Shown piece by piece: positions 60,961 through 64,000 of a stretch of 64,000 nucleotides of DNA. Position numbers and translations under genes: made by a program. Origin of the DNA: a phage; NCBI GenBank assembly GCA_036253035.1, contig GCA_036253035.1_4123.1, one strand, 5' to 3'. Positions within the stretch are counted from its first letter, which is position 1; each line of letters opens with the position of its first letter. Under the pieces are notes generated by a model. The model saw only the letters and a program-made list of their open reading frames with translations, was not told the origin of the DNA and made no database searches.

Positions 60961-61605
60961 TTATTTGTAATATTTACCTAGTACTGAATAAATTTTCAGT
61001 CTAAGTTCTGTCCAGTTTTCGATATATTCAAAACCACTATGATTCTTATACATAGTATTATGAGAACATCCCATCATAACTGATGGAATACCAAGACCCA
61101 TAGCAGTTTCAATATTATTGATATAATCATCAATCATTAGTTTTACATCATATCGTGTTTGTAAATCCTCTAATGCTTCTTTCTTTGATTCATTCATTTC
61201 TATGATAATAATCTCATCAAAGCAGTTTTCACCAAATTCACGCATTAGATTTACATTTCGTAAAACTTCACCATAGCCTTTTTTACCACATTTTGTGAGT
61301 ACTACGAATTTTTCTTTATGAAAACGATCACGTAGCTCTTGTACAATATCAACTGTATTTGGTTCGACTGGCTTTAACAACCCAAACAAATATGATTGTT
61401 GGTTGAACTGTTCAAGAATCTTTTTAACTTCAGGTTGAGGAACACCCAACCAGTCTGATAAATCATATTCTAATGGGTATGGTGTTGATGGTGTGATATT
61501 ATAAGTTTGTTTTACAAACTCAGAAAGCATACCCATATGGTCCAATAGAACTTCATCACAATCAAAAACTATACAACGTGGTTTCATTACATGTTCCCCG
61601 AACAA
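60961..61605 (-). CDS. HAD-superfamily hydrolase (5'-nucleotidase-like)
   Basis: 214 aa; motif I FDCDEVL (DxDxV). Confidence 0.55.
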   Translation of the reverse strand: MFGEHVMKPRCIVFDCDEVLLDHMGMLSEFVKQTYNITPSTPYPLEYDLSDWLGVPQPEVKKILEQFNQQSYLFGLLKPVEPNTVDIVQELRDRFHKEKFVVLTKCGKKGYGEVLRNVNLMREFGENCFDEIIIIEMNESKKEALEDLQTRYDVKLMIDDYINNIETAMGLGIPSVMMGCSHNTMYKNHSGFEYIENWTELRLKIYSVLGKYYK

Positions 61606-62576
61606 ATTAGGTCAATCTCACACAGTAAAGCACTAAGATTCATTTCACGGTCTGATACTGTTGCTTGCTTAACAACTGCATCACGAATTTTAACTTTAAT
61701 CTTCATCAGTGTGATTTCATCAGTACTGAACATTTCAGCATTACGATACAGATAAGAAAAGAATGCATCCATCTCATCATCAGGGATATTTTGTACAATT
61801 TGTTCACGCATTTGGCGAATGTTTCCTGCCTTTAATGCTTCAACAATTGCAGTACGATACCCTGCTGAATTTTCAATACTATCTTCAAGTTTTACTAGCT
61901 TACCATCAACAACTGAACTTTGCAATACGTTTAGTGTTTTACGGAAATCAGGATAGGAAGCATTGATATACTTTTGAACTTGTTCAACACTATCATCACT
62001 ACTCAAATCAACACCTTCTGCTAGAAGAATATTATAAATTCGAGTCATGAATTGTTCCATATCATGCTTTTCGATTGTAATAACTTGAACACGAGAAATG
62101 ATAGGTTTTTGAATTTTATGTGGTTCGTTACTTGTTAAAATAAAGCGAGCATTTTCATGATAGTCTTCCATTACACGTTTCAAACTACCTTGTGCTTTGT
62201 GGTTCATCTGCTCCATTTCTTCAAGAACAAAAATACGATATCTACCAAAACATGATAGCTTTGCTGCGGCATCGATTTTGTCACGAACAGCATCAATGCC
62301 TTCATCGGACATGTTAAGCGTGGTCACATCACTTGGATCAAGGTGTCCATTTTGAACTAGTCCATTAATTAGTACTTTGATCGCAGATGTTTTACCAGTT
62401 CCTGCTGGGCCAAAAAACCCAATATGTGGAATGTCACCAGTCTTAATCCATTCTTCCATTTTCTGGCGTAGTGCATCGTTTTTTGATACATAATCTTCCA
62501 TTGATTGTGGGCGATATTTTTCAGTCCATAGTGTGGTCATTTGTATTTCCTTATGTGTACGTGTTATAGAATCCAA
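61587..62576 (-). CDS. clamp-loader AAA+ ATPase subunit (T4 gp44 / RFC small-subunit-like)
   Basis: 329 aa; EKYRPQ, Walker A GPAGTGKT, FVLEEMEQ, SRVQVITI (SRC-like). Confidence 0.8.
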   Translation of the reverse strand: MDSITRTHKEIQMTTLWTEKYRPQSMEDYVSKNDALRQKMEEWIKTGDIPHIGFFGPAGTGKTSAIKVLINGLVQNGHLDPSDVTTLNMSDEGIDAVRDKIDAAAKLSCFGRYRIFVLEEMEQMNHKAQGSLKRVMEDYHENARFILTSNEPHKIQKPIISRVQVITIEKHDMEQFMTRIYNILLAEGVDLSSDDSVEQVQKYINASYPDFRKTLNVLQSSVVDGKLVKLEDSIENSAGYRTAIVEALKAGNIRQMREQIVQNIPDDEMDAFFSYLYRNAEMFSTDEITLMKIKVKIRDAVVKQATVSDREMNLSALLCEIDLICSGNM

Positions 62577-62836
62577 TCGGCTGAATTATATAATAAAGCC
62601 GTGAAAAGTTCTTCTGTCATTTCCAATTGATTTAATAAAAAATTAAAAGAATTTGCCTTATTTTTAATCCCAGTACTTTCAGCTTGGGCTGATGCAACTA
62701 ATAAAACTTTAAACATATCATGTGAAACTTCATATACATATTTGGTATTTTTTCTATCTTCAAACATGAATCTTCCGTTTTTAGATACTAATGTTACATC
62801 CTTGAAACTAAATTTTCCATCATCAGTTATCATCAA
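62564..62836 (-). CDS. hypothetical protein
   Basis: minus ORF 90 aa. Confidence 0.5.
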   Translation of the reverse strand: MMITDDGKFSFKDVTLVSKNGRFMFEDRKNTKYVYEVSHDMFKVLLVASAQAESTGIKNKANSFNFLLNQLEMTEELFTALLYNSADWIL

Positions 62837-62889
62837 AATCTGTCCAAATAAAAAGCCCAGATATTCATCCGAGCTTTAATTATATTTTA

Positions 62890-63216
62890 TTAACGACCAA
62901 AGGTTAGCATTTTAGTTCGTGGATCTTCATCTGAAACTAAACTAACTGCGGCTGGGTAATCAACCAAGTTTAATTCAATACCATCAACTTCAATAGTTCT
63001 TGACCATCGACCATGATCAATTAAAATCCATTGACCTTCTTTAATATCAGTAATGTCTTCGCCTACAGAATAAACTTTTGCCCAGCGAGAACGAATACCT
63101 CTAATTTTACCGTCATCGTTTGTTAAAACGATACCACCTGCTGTTTTGCGTTCACCATGTTCCAGTTCAGTTACCAGTACTTTACCTTTACATGCAGTCA
63201 TTACTTTATTAGTCAT
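62890..63216 (-). CDS. GroES-like co-chaperonin (Cpn10 family)
   Basis: 108 aa; KTAGGIVLT mobile-loop-adjacent motif, size and beta-rich profile. Confidence 0.55.
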   Translation of the reverse strand: MTNKVMTACKGKVLVTELEHGERKTAGGIVLTNDDGKIRGIRSRWAKVYSVGEDITDIKEGQWILIDHGRWSRTIEVDGIELNLVDYPAAVSLVSDEDPRTKMLTFGR

Positions 63217-63224
63217 TTAATATA

Positions 63225-63569
63225 TTACTCCTGATCTTTGGTTCTAGCTCGACGTGGTGCTTTCTTCTCTTCAGAAACCTCAGCTTCTTGTTCTTCGGGC
63301 TTAACTTCAAAACTCTCATCATCCCATACTTCATCCGTACCATGTTCAGTACTATGAAGTTGATGTTCAGGGATATAATCAGGAATTTGCATTTCTCGTT
63401 CTTTTTCTTGAATCAACTCTTCACGAGTTTTAATAATTGTTCCACCTGAACCGATTTTATCACCACGTGCGTTTAAATTAGCATTACCTAATGCTACCTG
63501 ATGTTGATTTTGGTACTTGAGCATATCCATGTCAATTGTTGTACCACGATAAGTTGTATGTTTAGACAT
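63225..63569 (-). CDS. hypothetical acidic protein
   Basis: minus ORF 114 aa. Confidence 0.55.
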   Translation of the reverse strand: MSKHTTYRGTTIDMDMLKYQNQHQVALGNANLNARGDKIGSGGTIIKTREELIQEKEREMQIPDYIPEHQLHSTEHGTDEVWDDESFEVKPEEQEAEVSEEKKAPRRARTKDQE

Positions 63570-63614
63570 ATCAAAATCCTTTTATTGTATGTGTGATATA
63601 AGCCTACAATAAAC

Positions 63615-63625
63615 ATTATATCACA
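63615..63625 (-). promoter_or_regulatory. extended -10 promoter element (TGTGATATAAT)
   Basis: minus catgTGtgaTATAATgttt; inverted copy of the same motif 16 bp away. Confidence 0.4.
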
Positions 63626-63632
63626 TGTTTTT

Positions 63633-64000
63633 CTACCATTTCAAAAATTCGTTAACATCAAGTTCGTACTTCAATGAATCTACCATATGTAGTCCAATCA
63701 AAAACAAACAGTATGATGCAACAGAGCTTCCACGACCTAGACCCCAAAAGATCTCATTTTCTTCCATATAATCAACAAGCCATATCATACATCTTAATAG
63801 CTTTGTCATATTATAATATTCATATAAATCTAGTTCATACTCAACACGCTTTCGTGCTTCATCTGATGTACATTTTTGTAAGAAAAAGTCACGTAGATTT
63901 ATATTATCGTATACTGGATCATAACGCCAAAGTTCATGATTTTTATCATGCTCGATAGTATAATCCAGCATACGTTGTTCTAAGCCAAATTTTTTACAGT
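63633..64000 (-). CDS. DnaE (family-C polymerase) N-terminal-region homolog, C-terminal part of an ORF that starts beyond window end
   Basis: frame open to 64000; ..RVEYELDLYEYYNM..IWLVDYMEE..GLGRGSSVASYCL..ELDVNEFL parallels E. coli DnaE ..RLETELQVINQMGF..YFLIVMEF..GPGRGSGAGSLVAYAL..DLLFERFL as I recall it; ORF stops where PDFDVDF would follow. Confidence 0.5.
   Translation of the reverse strand, partial: CKKFGLEQRMLDYTIEHDKNHELWRYDPVYDNINLRDFFLQKCTSDEARKRVEYELDLYEYYNMTKLLRCMIWLVDYMEENEIFWGLGRGSSVASYCLFLIGLHMVDSLKYELDVNEFLKW

Overview
This window looks like the early, host-takeover region of a large virulent dsDNA phage: AT-rich, almost gap-free, and transcribed almost entirely on the minus strand. 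I cannot place the phage precisely. It has a T4-type endonuclease V and an RFC/gp44-type clamp loader, but also a sigma-70-family factor, a DnaE-like fragment and a tRNA set that do not fit T4 itself. All family and function calls are from reading the translations by eye, with no database search.

What the window contains:
- About 145 mostly small minus-strand genes, with one plus-strand exception (25518..26672).
- Recognisable products: DenV, an HNH endonuclease, a sigma-70-family factor, a C5-cytosine methyltransferase, a DexA-like exonuclease, a GroES-like co-chaperonin, a HAD-type nucleotidase and the clamp loader. Weaker calls: a protein-kinase-like protein, a NADAR/YbiA-like protein, and LemA-like and TelA-like proteins.
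- Seven tRNA or tRNA-like genes between 32.0 and 35.8 kb (Thr, Asn, Arg, Ser, Gly, one Ser-like with an odd anticodon, one atypical tRNA-like element).
- Many near-consensus sigma-70 promoters and a repeatedly reused terminator hairpin with a UUCG loop.

Most worth a second look:
- A family of at least 21 small paralogous proteins sharing a C-terminal EExxFQxSxIxD-like motif.
- A second family of six MTHEEW-initiated mini-proteins interleaved with the tRNAs.
- Roughly five-fold over-representation of the palindrome AGTACT (manual count), including inside promoter spacers.
- A ~640 bp non-coding island downstream of the sigma-factor gene.
- A DnaE-like ORF that stops just before the expected catalytic motif.
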